DNA of 63,557 nt, filler included, from Reticulomyxa filosa (Eukaryota; Protista; Foraminifera), in NCBI GenBank assembly GCA_000512085.1. It is 14 parts of 14 records of this genome, joined end to end, with 100 filler letters (N's around TTAATTAATTAA, not from the genome) between each part and the next. Parts side by side here need not be neighbours in the genome. Positions count along the whole stretch, not along the records: positions 1 to 1,904 come from ASPP01033286.1; positions 2,005 to 9,935 come from ASPP01003286.1; positions 10,036 to 11,514 come from ASPP01009314.1; 11 more parts are not named here. One strand, written 5' to 3'. The number at the start of each line of letters is the position of its first letter. The first letter of the stretch is position 1. Below, piece by piece: positions 1 to 11,394 of the stretch. The translations under genes were made by a program, and so were the position numbers. The notes below the pieces were generated by a model. The model saw only the letters and a program-made list of their open reading frames with translations. It did not search any database and was not told the DNA's origin.

Positions 1-14
1 AAAAAAAAAGTACT

Positions 15-1608
15 TTATTGAAAAAGTGGTGAACGAAAGAAGTGCAAAATATGTAAGATTTCGTCAGCGATGACAGAGCCATCATAGTGAGAATGACGAA
101 AGGAATTGTTAGGGATGCTGGGTTGAGCAAGTTTCCAGCGGTACAAAGTTTTGTTTTGATAAACACGAACAATGTCATCAACGCAAGCGTTCATTCCATC
201 TCCAAACATTGTGTGCAGCCATGTCAACATTTTAAGCGGATCAAAAGCGGATTTTTGCGTTGCATTTGCATCTGCATGTACGTCATCATTAAATCGACGT
301 TGGGACTTTAGCATATTGAATTCGTAGCGTTTGGAGGCAATATATTCGTCGTCGTAAAAACGAGTCAAATTGCAAACAATGATGCGATCGAGATTGACTA
401 GTTGAGCAATGTCAATGTTGCCCAAGTAAATCGGAATCCCTCCTCCCAACAATCCCGTGTAAATCTTTTCGCTGGTGTATCCATACGTAATCGTGTTTTC
501 AAAATTGATCGAAAACTGAAAGTCGCGGAAACAAAGCGGCAACAAGTGGTGACTCGTCTTCGGACCATAATTTGTATATTTCGGATTGCGCACGTTGCAC
601 AACAGCGACGGATCTGTGCGCTGCTCCCATAAAGGGGATTGATACCCACCGATATATGTACACTGCGGCAAATGCGAGTACCTCTGCGACAGTACGTACA
701 CCAACAAATGTCGGAACAATGAGTCCATATAATAGCGCGACGAATAAAACGTTTTCGTCGATATCGCACAAAAGTAAATTTTTTCATTGTTATTATTATT
801 ATTGTTATTATTGCTAGAAATGATCAAATTGCTATAATTTATTAGTTGATTGTATAACTCCTTTTGCAACGGCTTAAAACCGTAGGACATGTCCCTTTGG
901 AATATCCCTTGAATCCACAGCACACTTATACAGTCCTGTCTTGGCCATGACTTTGTACGTTGCAAATTTATATCTACGTCGTTACAGTCTCGATTCCGGA
1001 TATTGTTCATTTCGAATAATTCTCCAATCTATTCCATTATCAATGGCTAATTGTATTTCAATGTCAAATACTATCTTTCTTTTTTTTTTAAAAAAAGTGC
1101 TTATTTTTTGAAACTCTTTCTTTTTACACATACAGATATATATGTATATGTATATATAATATAATCCCAATAAGGGTTGTTGATCCAATGCTTTAAATAA
1201 CGTATATTTGTGGACGGCAACACACCGACAGCATGACGGAAAACGGTATTGGACTTGGACGAAGCAGTTGGTCCAATTGGTTGGGAAAAGTTGGAGTGAC
1301 TCCGATTTATTCTGTTTGTACCAACTCATGTAATATGGCTTCACATGTTTGACGATCTGGCTGCAATCCACCGAGAAAATCCATTGGAATTTGTCTTTTG
1401 TCACGTCCAGTTGTGTCAACTGCTGCTTCGTAAAATCCAACAAGTCTTGATGTGAGTAGTTGCCGGATTTATACGTGCGAGATAACCATGTGTCAGTCGC
1501 TATATTGTGCACTTCCCAATGCTGGTTTGACACTTGCAAACGCTCTATCCATTGCTTGCTATCCACAAATGCCTTGCTATGCGAATATCTTTGAGTTGGG
1601 CATTCACC
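15..1608 (-). CDS. GT10-family (alpha-1,3/4) fucosyltransferase-like protein, spliced; 5' end uncertain
   Basis: ORF 15-1010 contains FQFSINFENTITYGYTSEKIYTGLLGGGIPIYLG, matching the GT10 motif (YKFxLxFENS..DYxTEK..A...G.VPIY.G). Upstream exon ~1200-1608 (ORF 982-1566). AG acceptor ~1029 (aatag|ATT GGA GAA) is in frame with the long ORF. Confidence 0.7.
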
Positions 1609-1904
1609 TAGTAATAAATAATAATGTGGACTCGCATCTCTTTATCGATTCTCATCGATTTTTTAATCATTGTTTTAAATTATTTGTCATTTTTATAATA
1701 TGATAGTTAATGAATTTTATTTTACTTTTTATGGAAGTCGGTATTTGTGTTGTTGGCGGTTGTGTTCTGTTTTTTACAAGCAGAAGAAAAAGTTATATGC
1801 AAGAGCTACTTATTTCGTATTAAACACAAAAGACAATACTATAAAGTAATTCTTTCATTTTAACGAAATTATTGAATATTTCACTTATAGTTCCTTTTAT
1901 CAAA

Positions 1905-2004
1905 NNNNNNNNNNNNNNNNNNNNNNNNNNNNNNNNNNNNNNNNNNNNTTAATTAATTAANNNNNNNNNNNNNNNNNNNNNNNNNNNNNNNNNNNNNNNN
2001 NNNN
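1905..2004. other. Artificial contig linker (44 N + TTAATTAATTAA + 44 N). It recurs at 9936, 11515, 20875, 22890, 24047, 25716, 39691, 41453, 47600, 50669, 53152 and 61847
   Basis: Identical 100-bp structure 13 times. The 12-mer is palindromic and gives stop codons in all six frames. Confidence 0.99.
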
Positions 2005-2280
2005 TTTTGCAATCTTAAAAAAAAATCAACCACTATAAAAATTTTAATATACTACTATAAAAAAAAATTTCAAGTAGTAAAAATGTTTCTTTCTTGACTA
2101 TACTTGTTTCGAAATCTCTAATCTCGATTTCCAAAAAACTTTCAAAACCACTTAAATGTCGATGTATCTTGTAATTTCAAACGTTTTCGCCTTTTTGACA
2201 AAAGTTAATATCGATGAAGATGTTGAAATAATTTTTTTTTTTGAAATCAACATTGCAAATACCAATATGCAAGTAGCAGT

Positions 2281-2990
2281 CTATTAGTATTCCAGAATAA
2301 CATCAACGGACTCAAACATTAGAACAAAATTTGCATCGGAAGCAGCAAGCATTTGAGCAAGAATTACAATCTGCTATGAAAATGACTGAATATATTGTCA
2401 TTGGAGGAGGTTGGAATGCACATCATCTTGCATGGTTGGATCAGAATGCCGACGCTGTGGTTGAATGTATTCTTGAGTTTATTTTGTCCAATGGATTACA
2501 TATAATATGCATTACCATTTGATTGTACATTGGTAAACACAGGTCCTTTGGATAAAGTAGTCGAACCTTGGACCAAATATGTTGTTGACGTTGGAGAAGC
2601 GATAATTGGTCTTCGAACTATTTGGAAAGGAAACAAGCCATGGCGGAGCGACAGTTTAAGTCGATTACGAAATAGAGTTTAAAAGTCAAAGAACCACTTT
2701 CGTAAGCAAAGAATACCAAGGAATTTGATGCTGTAAAGAGAGCTGCCAAGCAATTGCAAAGGAAATCTCAATCAGAGTAACACCAACATATTATAGACAG
2801 CATAAATTCGCTGCATGAAGGCAATACAAGGAATTTATTTACCATATTCAAAGCATTAAACACTAATAAGATTTGCATTATTCCAGCATTGGTGAATAAT
2901 GAGACTAATTCAGTATCAATATCATATTCTGAGAAACGTATCTATTGGTAAAGACATTTGCAGAGCCACCTCAGACTGGGATCGTTGTCT
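2281..2990 (+). mobile_element. Decayed non-LTR retrotransposon (LINE) fragment: AP-endonuclease remnant plus linker
   Basis: LLVFQNNINGL (APE N-terminal motif) and IVIGGGWNAHHLAW (cf. GDFNAHH..W), interrupted by stops and frameshifts. 2550-2920 is homologous at DNA level to the reverse complement of ~40200-40552. Confidence 0.7.
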
Positions 2991-4211
2991 GTTCAGATCA
3001 AGTGTAGTGCCTTTGAGAAATTATGCAAATACCAGTTTTTTGTGTTTAAAATATATATATGTATATGTATATCCCTCTTCATCATCATTGTCTAGCTAAA
3101 ATCCAACAGGTGGTAGCAAGAATGCCAAAATACATCGCCCCATCGCGAAGGCCCGAAAACCAAGAAAAATCCTCGAAGACCCTGAAACTAAAGAAAAGGT
3201 GTTTGAATGCCGGAAACCAAAGGAAAGGCCGAGAAACAAATGGAAAGATCCGATACAAGCAAGCAACTATCGAAGAAACGGTCAAAGAAAAAATATTCCA
3301 CCTTTTTGTTTTGTTTTGAGTTTTAGCAGTTTTGTTTAAGGTTATTTATGGTGGTAATTATAATTGTCACAATTTTGATCTACATTCAAACAATTTAAAT
3401 TAAAACTGGCTGCAAAGTTGAAGCTGGAATGTTGTTTGTTGATATTTTGAGATAAGAGTGATATAGTTCTTTATCTCACCTCCATGGACATGATGTGCAT
3501 GTCTTGTAATATCAGCCTAATATCTTCTAACAATCAATAATTTGTAATTTGTATATTTTGTTCACATTTTTTGAATATCCCATTAATCACAAACTTGTAA
3601 TCAGTTAGATTAATCAATCTTCTACAATGTAATAGTAATAATTACTACCATATCCCAATGCAAGTATCATTATTTCAACAGATGGTCTAATTCTTGTTCT
3701 GGAATTTGTGCTATTTTTTTGTATTTGCATATTTTGATTGTTTGATGAAATCATACAAAACTTAAATATAATAATGAAATGAATATATTTGAAGCGCTTG
3801 AATAATGTAGATTTGGCATTCTAAATAAAGCTACAAATTAATGGATGTGTAACACGAAACGATATTTGAAAACTCGAATGATGAAAAAATACGAATTTCA
3901 AATCTTTAAAACATTGTTAACTTAACATCATGAAGATATTCTGAGTAAAAGCATAAAGTGCAACACAAATGATTTGTTGATGAAATTCAATTTTTGCTGA
4001 AATGCGGCAGCTTAAAAGCAACAAGTGGCATTATTTTCTTTTTTCTAACTTTTTTCCATTATTTAAAAGCTAGTGTTCGATCAACATCTATAAACTAGAC
4101 GCTGAAAACAGAAGTTTTTACCTGTCCCCTGGTATCCAGTGTTCAGCACAGGTTAAATTATTTGTTGTCTTGCATTGCAAGTGTCTGAAAATTTTGGTGT
4201 GGTAATTTGAA

Positions 4212-5447
4212 ATGATCCAAACCATTTCCAACGAGTCTAAATCACAAACTTTTGCAGATGGAGGACGTCTTCCTATTGGAGGCTCTCCTGTTGTCTTGGT
4301 GTTTGCAACCTCTCTCGACGAATCATTGGGAGCGATTAAGACGTTCGAAAAAATTGGATTTCAGTGGAGAGAAGGGTTTGCAAATAGTCCCGTTGTTCTA
4401 CCAAATTTTCAAGACTCTGCAACTAAAATTGCAAAATCAACAGCATGCATGAACAACATTGAGTGGATCTGTTCTAAGCCAGGTGATTTGAGCAAATGTG
4501 CCGACGAGAGTGAAAGCGATAACATTACGGTCACCACGCTATTCGAGCATGTTTTGCACATGTTCCCACGCCCGCTGCTTGAGGAAATAGGTTGGTTACG
4601 TATATTGCAAAAAAAATCCATTTTTTTTTTGTAAAGGATAAAATGGAGTAAGTTGTGTATTATGTTGAAGCGTTTTCATGTGTTTGATATAATGAACTAG
4701 ATCACCTGTGTGGAAGTGACACAAATGAAAATTGCGATGACAAGATGGCTCGCATGATCTCTTCAAAACTGTTTGGTCACATTGACAGTTGCATTGAAAA
4801 CAAAAGAGCCCTGGACAATTCATTGAGCATAACACAAAAAGGTACTGGAACATTAATTGGCAAATGTTCTTGTGTTTTTATTGTATCTGAGCATACTTCT
4901 GGGGATTTTCTCACTACAATGAGCCAGAATAAGAGTCTATTTTATTGTTGTCGGTTACAAAAAAAAAAGAAGGGTGTAATAATGGAATGCCAAGATTGAC
5001 CTTAATCGAAAAAGGACGCGAATCACAAAGCCGCTTTGAGTGCCGGAATTGCCCAAAGCATTATGCAGACCGAAAGTCTTTATCTCGGCACATTCGAACC
5101 CACGATCCTGGTTATGGTGGCTGTCCACACTGTGGGAAGAAATTTTCGCGCAAATCGTATTTGGACGACCACATAAGGACACATACAGGCGAGCGTCCTT
5201 TTGCCTGCCCGATTTGCTTTAAGTTTTTTCGCTGCAAGCGCAACTTGAAACAACACCTCAAAGTTTTGTTGGATTCATTTTGTGTTCTTTTGTTGCTCTC
5301 AATACAGTGTGAACAGACAGGACACACAAACGGTTTTGGTGAACACAGACTCATTCTGATAAGCGACCTTTTCAATGCAACCAATGTGAGAAAGTATTTA
5401 AGGCACATCAAAGTTTAGTCAAGCATATCAACAACAAGCATAGGTAA
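4212..5447 (+). CDS. C2H2 zinc-finger protein (4 fingers), spliced; start uncertain
   Basis: Fingers CRNC..HIRTH, CPHC..HIRTH-TGERPF, CPIC..HLK. Intron 5263-5348 (aaa|GTTTTG...acacAG|ACT), then last exon THSDKRPFQCNQCEKVFKAHQSLVKHINNKHR* ending at 5447. Confidence 0.85.
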
Positions 5448-7892
5448 ATTTAAACATAAAAAACTTTCCAGCACAAATCCAGTGTAGTAAGCGAATTCAA
5501 TCAAAAGAATCATTGAGTCTTGGATTGGCCAATTGTTTTTTTGGGCTTTTTTTAGTATTTTTATTGTTTTCGTTTTTTTTTTTTCTTCATTGTTCGTGCC
5601 CTAGTTTTTTTCCTCCTGTATATTGAGTGCTACTTCCTTGCAAACAGGAACGCAATTGGGTTTTCTTCTGTGTGAGTTGTTTTTCTGTTGTGTCGTGTGT
5701 ACATTTTATTTGATATATCTATTTGATTGGATTCAATTAGAAATTATAATTTCATTAAGATTGTTGCTGACTGTGTTTGCTGTTGAAAAAGATATCTTAT
5801 CTTTATTTTTACGATATCCGAAATTTGTGCATCGCCGTTATTCGAAACAGAAAAAATAATATGGATTATTTGAATTGCCATGCTTCAAAAAAAAACTTTT
5901 TGGAATATATCCATTTTCCCATCTCAACCATCCAAAGCTGTTTTAAAAATCTTTGTACAAAAATCGAAAGTAGGTGCCAGGCTTTCGCTTCCAACCTATT
6001 CCTTGTCTTTCTATTGCTACAAATCATTTTCAGGGTTCAGTCGATGTACCGGAAAACACTTGAAAGAAGTACTTTGCATTGGATGATAATGTCTCATCAA
6101 TGCTATAAATACCCTTGATTATGTAGGTAAATGATAATTAGGCCCTACTTGTCTATGTCTCAAAAACAAAAAAATGCACATGCAACCGACTCCAGCAACG
6201 TTACATAAAAAATCCATTCAAAAACAGATACATCTACGACACCCAGCGTATATTATGTTTCTGAAAAATTTTTTTTTCAATATGAACGCACTAAAACACA
6301 GAGTCAACAAATCTTTGATACACTCCAAAAACTAGTTATAAGCAGACTTAAACTGCAACAAACATTAAACACATAATTTAATGCTCGGAGTAAATTGTAA
6401 TGAGTGCTTGTCACATTCTCTTATTTTTTTGGCAAAGAAATGTACGGAAAAAATTACGAGAAAACCTTGGTCCATATAATGCAAGCTGTAAACACATTTG
6501 AATGTGAGCACCACAAAAGCAAACCGAGATTTTGAAATTTTTAGGCAATTGTTTTTTTTTTGACCAACACGTTTTTTTGTAGATCTCAACCAATTTTATC
6601 ATGCTGTTATACAGCAGCCTGTGGATGCAAAGCTCGCTGAACTTAGGAATTTTCTGAAAACTTACTTCTTTACTTGTTTTGCTCCTTTTATTTTTGCGTT
6701 TTCTGTTCGTTTATTTTTTATTATTTAACTGTTTTTTGATTTACTAAAATTTGCCCAAAAGTTATCATTCCTATTAGATCTTTTAGCAGCAGTTTCCCTT
6801 TGTAGTACTCATGATGTCGTAATAAGTAATTCTCGCACTACAAGTGAACTTTGGAACCCTTTATTCTAACAACACTACTCACTTTCACGACTTGTCTTTT
6901 CTCTTTCACTTGTTGAATCTTGTTGTTTATTGTTTCTTTTATTTAAATCATTAATCTTTTGTTTTAAATTGCTCAAAAGAGCGAAAACCTTACGTATTAC
7001 AGTTTGCACACCTCTTTCAGCAGCAGGAAAACCCACACCTTCACTCGACATCACACAAAGCAAATTTTATTAGGAACACCGTAGGGGAGTGTTAGAGTGT
7101 TGCAGATTTGCCCGTAATCAAGTTCTCTTAAAATGTATACACATGAGAAAAACAAGGAGTCATCTGATCTCATATCCCAGTCTTTTTATGAATCCATGTG
7201 CCGCGACCACAGCAAAATATGTTTTTTTGAAGTGTTCATCCTGGAAAGTCTTTGCACACTTACAAATTCAATTTTTTATTAAAACGATCTTATAAAAATG
7301 TAATTAACAATAATTACAATTGGACTCAATAAAGCAAAAATTAGTATTAAAACCCCACACAATGCATAAATTGTCGAAAATTACAAAAGAGCTGAACATT
7401 ATTTTGAAATGGATCGCAAGAGAAATTTTGTATTTGAACAGCAAAAACTGTTGAAGGTTAAAAATATGTACGCCAAATCAAATCGTTCTTCAAAAACGTT
7501 CTTTCACAAAGTAAAACGATTATTAAAAATAAAAATTGTATTTGCCTTGTGATAATATAATTACCATCAATTTTTGCCTTAAATCCAGTAAAAATAGTTC
7601 GTTGTAACTCAAAATCAAAAAACAAAAATCAAATAACAAAATATTTTAATTTCGACCAAATAACTACAAGGGTCATATAAAAAACACCAAAAGCGGGAGG
7701 CACATTGTCTGTTGAGAACGAAAAATTTTCACAGAAATGATTAAACAAAAAGCCACTACCGAAAGAATTACAGAAAAAAATAGAAATAAAAAACAAAATT
7801 TTTTTTACTCAAAAGTTTACAACTAACGATAACATAAGAACAAAACTATTAATAACGAAAAGAAAGTTGGCACGACATCTCAAGAAATCATT

Positions 7893-9935
7893 TTAATGCG
7901 ACCAAGACCAGTTACGAGGTTTTTGTTCAATACTATCACTGCTACTACTGCTGCTACTGTCACTGCTGCTGTCACTGCTGCTGTCACTACTGCTGCTGTC
8001 ACTGCTGCTGCTACTGTCACTGCTGCTGCTACTGTCACTGCTACTACTGCTAGATTCCGAGACTGAAATTGGACAAGATTGAGTGTTGCATGGAACAGTT
8101 CCATGGCTGCTGCCTGGACAATTTTCAACTTGAATATTTTCATCACACACACTAACACAACGTCTGATGCGTGCCTGTTGACCTCCGCCGCATGGAGCAC
8201 TGCAAGAGCCAAGGAGTTCCCAATCTGTCCATTGTCCGAAATTGCAGGAGTCTTTGCAAGGATTGGGTACAGAGACAAATGAATTGGTTGTGGTTAAGGT
8301 AGATGCACATCGATAACCTCCGCCTAAAGTAGCATCACCATTATCAGATATTGAAATATTTCCTTTCAAAACAATTTGTAAAGATTGCGATTGTCCAGCT
8401 TTGATATCCAAGAATTCAAAATGCCAATAATTGGATTGAATAATAGCAGTAGGTATTGTTTCCAAAGTAATTGAGCGAAGATATCTATCAGATTGTGGTT
8501 CGCAATCACATCCCAAACGAATGGTAACATCAGTTAATGGTGCAGGAGAATCATCAAGTATATTGCATGATGGATTAGGTAATGTTGCACTTGTGTTAAC
8601 ACGCCAAGATATTGTAGTTGTATCAGTAGCAATATTATAATATGATTGAATAAATTGAATAGACCATTCAGTATGTTCAACTGAGTCACAAGCATCCCAA
8701 CACATATTTTTTAAGAATAAAGGATCACGATTATCACATTCATTTCCTTCATTTGAATCACTATTTGATGATGAAGATTCAGAAGAATCCCAAGACCATT
8801 CATGTGGATGAGGAGGATATATTTCTTCACATATATTAGGAATCATTATTGTATCATTCACACATCTTTCATCTTTTCCAAATAATTGATAACGTCCTGG
8901 TTTTAATGTTGCATGTCCTTTTAATGAAATTTCAAAATATTTACATTGTCCAGGTTCTACCTCCAATTCCCAAACCCATCCTCGATCTAATTCCGTTGTA
9001 AATCCATCTGGATCCATGTCTTTTGTTACAAAGTCAATACAAATATCACAATTGCAAGGAATTTGTAAAAATAATTTGTCTAATTCCACTGGCAATGCAT
9101 TAGGATTGCAACTGCTGAATGGATTTCGAGCATACACACATACTTGATATTGGACATATGTACGATCTTTGTGAACATCAAATTTGTAATTTGTCAATTC
9201 CAATTGCCATTCTGCTTCACTTGCATCACATGCACACTCTGGCGTTACAATGTGAGGAGGTGGAGGAATACAAACTGTCGGTGATAAAGTTGGGGATATT
9301 GTAGGAGAGAGTGTTGTTGGTTTCTTTGTTGGTGACTCTGTTGGATGCTTTGTTGGAGGACTTGTGGGTCTCTTGGTCGGTGGTGTTGTTGGCTTTCTAG
9401 TCGGAAGCTTTGTCGGACCTGGTGTTGGACTATAGGTTGGACTGTCAGTTGGGCTATAAGTTGGACTGTATGTCGGAGAATAAGTTGGACTATAAGTTGG
9501 ACTGTAGGTCGGACTATAAGTAGGACTGCCAGTTGGTGAGTAAGTCGGAGAATAAGTTGGACTATTTGTTGGAGCATTGGTTGGAGAATAAGTCGGGGAA
9601 TATGTAGGACTCTCTGTTGGTGAATATGTTGGACTGTACGTCGGCGAATATGTAGGACTCTCTGTTGGTGAATAAGTTGGACTATTCGTTGGACTGTACG
9701 TTGGACTGTATGTAGGGCTGTAAATCGGACTGCCTGTTGGAGAGTATGTTGGGGCGTTGGTTGGTGAATAAGTTGGAGAATAAGTCGGGGAATACGTAGG
9801 ACTCTCCGTTGGTGAATACGTTGGAGAGTAAGTTGGACTTTCTGTTGGGGAATACGTCGGGCTCTCTGTTGGTGAATAAGTTGGACTCTCTGTCGGTGAA
9901 TACGTTGGGGAGTATGTTGGGGAATATGTTGGAGA
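7893..9935 (-). CDS. Mucin-like SPT(Y/E)-repeat protein with two Cys/Trp domains, a thrombospondin type-1 domain and a Ser/Asp-rich tail (5' partial)
   Basis: The frame reads open from the contig edge 9935 to the stop at 7893 (680 aa). It has xSPT tetrapeptide repeats, TSP1 motif [27 protein letters not shown]...CPG...PCNTQSC, and a tail [12 protein letters not shown]... Confidence 0.85.
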   Translation of the reverse strand, partial: SPTYSPTYSPTYSPTESPTYSPTESPTYSPTESPTYSPTYSPTESPTYSPTYSPTYSPTNAPTYSPTGSPIYSPTYSPTYSPTNSPTYSPTESPTYSPTYSPTYSPTESPTYSPTYSPTNAPTNSPTYSPTYSPTGSPTYSPTYSPTYSPTYSPTYSPTYSPTDSPTYSPTPGPTKLPTRKPTTPPTKRPTSPPTKHPTESPTKKPTTLSPTISPTLSPTVCIPPPPHIVTPECACDASEAEWQLELTNYKFDVHKDRTYVQYQVCVYARNPFSSCNPNALPVELDKLFLQIPCNCDICIDFVTKDMDPDGFTTELDRGWVWELEVEPGQCKYFEISLKGHATLKPGRYQLFGKDERCVNDTIMIPNICEEIYPPHPHEWSWDSSESSSSNSDSNEGNECDNRDPLFLKNMCWDACDSVEHTEWSIQFIQSYYNIATDTTTISWRVNTSATLPNPSCNILDDSPAPLTDVTIRLGCDCEPQSDRYLRSITLETIPTAIIQSNYWHFEFLDIKAGQSQSLQIVLKGNISISDNGDATLGGGYRCASTLTTTNSFVSVPNPCKDSCNFGQWTDWELLGSCSAPCGGGQQARIRRCVSVCDENIQVENCPGSSHGTVPCNTQSCPISVSESSSSSSDSSSSSDSSSSSDSSSSDSSSDSSSDSSSSSSSDSIEQKPRNWSWSH
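9300..9935 (-). repeat. Coding 12-bp degenerate tandem repeat ([12 protein letters not shown]; PT-repeat type)
   Basis: Minus strand reads TCT CCA ACA TAT TCC CCA ACA TAC TCC CCA ACG TAT TCA CCG ACA GAG..., with synonymous divergence between units. Confidence 0.9.
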
Positions 9936-10035
9936 NNNNNNNNNNNNNNNNNNNNNNNNNNNNNNNNNNNNNNNNNNNNTTAATTAATTAANNNNNNNNN
10001 NNNNNNNNNNNNNNNNNNNNNNNNNNNNNNNNNNN

Positions 10036-10169
10036 TTGCCATTGCGCTGGGCAATGCACCGTACAGCGCCGAGGTTGTCCATGCGTTGCAGGGCAGGGCT
10101 GACGACGCGGCCGACATCGTGCGCGAATCGGTGGCCTGGGCCTTGCAGCAACAGCAACAAAAAGCCTGA
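10036..10169 (+). CDS. queG: Epoxyqueuosine reductase QueG, C-terminal end (partial, bacterial contig; missed by the ORF track)
   Basis: The frame from 10038 reads AIALGNAPYSAEVVHALQGRADDAADIVRESVAWALQQQQQKA*, matching the QueG C-terminus (AVALGNAP...VREHVAWAL). Confidence 0.8.
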
Positions 10170-10199
10170 AGGTTGGCCGCAGCGGGCCAAGCTTCAGGC
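10164..10199. terminator. GC-rich hairpin between convergent queG and GNAT genes (putative bidirectional terminator)
   Basis: GCCTGAAGGTTGGCC-gcagcg-GGCCAAGCTTCAGGC gives a 14/15-bp stem. An A-run lies on the left flank, which is a U-run for the minus-strand transcript. Confidence 0.55.
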
Positions 10200-10219
10200 G
10201 GTGACGGGCCTTGCGGCGC

Positions 10220-10677
10220 TTACAGCGGCTTGGTGAAGTGAAACGCGTAATGCTGAAGCCCAGGCGGAAGTACAGCTTGTGCGCCTGCGTGCGCCAGGTG
10301 CCGGAATCCAGCACGATGAAGCGGCAACCGGCGGTGCGCGCTTGCGCCTCGCACCACGCCAGCAGCTGGCTGCCCACGCCTTGCGAGCGGGCGGCCTCGT
10401 CGCTGACCAGGTCGTCCACGTACAGACGCAGGTCCTCGTAGGTATTTTCGTACACCCGGTACAGCGCCATGCCGACCGGCCGCCCGTCACTGTCAAGCGC
10501 GGCCACCAGGCGTGCGCCGTAGTGGCAGACGCGCTGCATCTTGGCCAGGTAGGCGGCGCCGTTGTCCGGCAGCATCGGTCGCAATTGCCGATGCAGCACA
10601 CACAAGGCATCGGCCAGGTCGGCGCGGAGGATGTGCCCGCTGTCGTCGCACAGCGGCACGATATCCAGCGCGGTCAT
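10220..10677 (-). CDS. GNAT family N-acetyltransferase (bacterial); 1-nt deletion near the 3' end
   Basis: LYVDDLVSDEAARSQGVGSQLL...LDSGTWRTQAHKLYFRLGF. Restoring one base at ~10247 gives the expected ending ITAFHFTKPL* (TAA at 10220-10222). The start overlaps the upstream stop (TGATG). Confidence 0.9.
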
Positions 10678-11096
10678 CAGGCCGGGCGCGACGGGGCAAT
10701 CACCAGCGATTCGCCTTCCAGTACCACTTTGCCTTTTACCAGGCAGGCGGTGGCAAACTTCACGCGCTTTTTGGCCGGGTCCAGCTCGGTGACGGTGACG
10801 CGGGCGGTGACGGTTTCGCCGATCTTGACCGGGGCTTTGAATTTGGTGGATTGCGACAGGTAGATGGTGCCGTTGCCCGGCAGGCGGGTGCCGACCACGG
10901 TGGAGATCAGGCTGGCGGTGAGCATGCCGTGCGCGATGCGGCTCTGGAACATCGAGCTTTCGGCGTATTCCTGGTTGATGTGTACCGGGTTATCGTCGCC
11001 GGATACGGCGCTGAACATCAGGATATCGGCTTCGGTAATGGTTTTGGCGTACTCGGCGGAATCGCCGATCTGGATGTCTTCGAAATAGACTGTCAT
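10677..11096 (-). CDS. phaJ: MaoC-family (R)-specific enoyl-CoA hydratase (PhaJ-like)
   Basis: FSAVSGDDNPVH...RIAHGMLTASLISTVVGTRLPGNGTIYLSQSTKFKAPVKIG. ATG at 11096 is preceded by an AAGGAG RBS (11102-11107). Confidence 0.9.
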   Translation of the reverse strand: MTVYFEDIQIGDSAEYAKTITEADILMFSAVSGDDNPVHINQEYAESSMFQSRIAHGMLTASLISTVVGTRLPGNGTIYLSQSTKFKAPVKIGETVTARVTVTELDPAKKRVKFATACLVKGKVVLEGESLVIAPSRPA

Positions 11097-11191
11097 CACA
11101 ACTCCTTTGCGGAAGGCGGTATGCAACGCCAGCCCAGCGCCGGCGCCACTTTCAAGGTGTTCCTGCCGTTTTTCTGCTTATGACATGCTCA

Positions 11192-11205
11192 ATGTTGCGC
11201 TGCAT
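11192..11205. promoter_or_regulatory. Possible PhaR-type operator upstream of phaJ
   Basis: ATGTTGCGCTGCAT fits the TGCRNYGCA pattern on both strands. The motif is short, so the call rests mainly on context. Confidence 0.3.
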
Positions 11206-11300
11206 TCTGACACGCTTTGCCCCAAATGCAAATTGCGGGGAAATGGCGTAATATCTGCACACCCCTGTTGTACTGCAGTTTTTTTTGTGGTCAGTTTACC

Positions 11301-11320
11301 AATTAAACGCTCGTTTGACT
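11301..11320. promoter_or_regulatory. Putative PsrA/FadP-type (TetR) fatty-acid-degradation operator upstream of etfB
   Basis: AATTAAACGCTCGTTTGACT is an imperfect palindrome resembling CAAACGnnCGTTTG. etfBA is an established PsrA-regulon member in proteobacteria. Confidence 0.6.
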
Positions 11321-11394
11321 TGGCGGCGCGCTACAATGCAACCGCTGCCCGCTCGGGGCGAGTCGTTGAAACCTGAAGAGTCTGCTGGAGGAAT

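Noticed and set aside
1905-2004. Recurring TTAATTAATTAA flanked by N runs, and ORFs ending in XXX-LIN
   Set aside because: Synthetic six-frame-stop contig linker; not a biological repeat or a CRISPR array.
9300-9935. YSPT repeats as an RNA polymerase II CTD
   Set aside because: The period is 4 aa, not the YSPTSPS heptad, and the repeats lie N-terminal to Cys-rich and TSP1 domains.
10164-10199. GCCTGAA arms as Neisseriaceae DNA uptake sequences
   Set aside because: Only the short core matches; neither arm matches a full DUS dialect.
10036-11376. Many overlapping ORFs on both strands of the bacterial contig
   Set aside because: Shadow ORFs typical of GC-rich DNA; the real genes account for the sequence.
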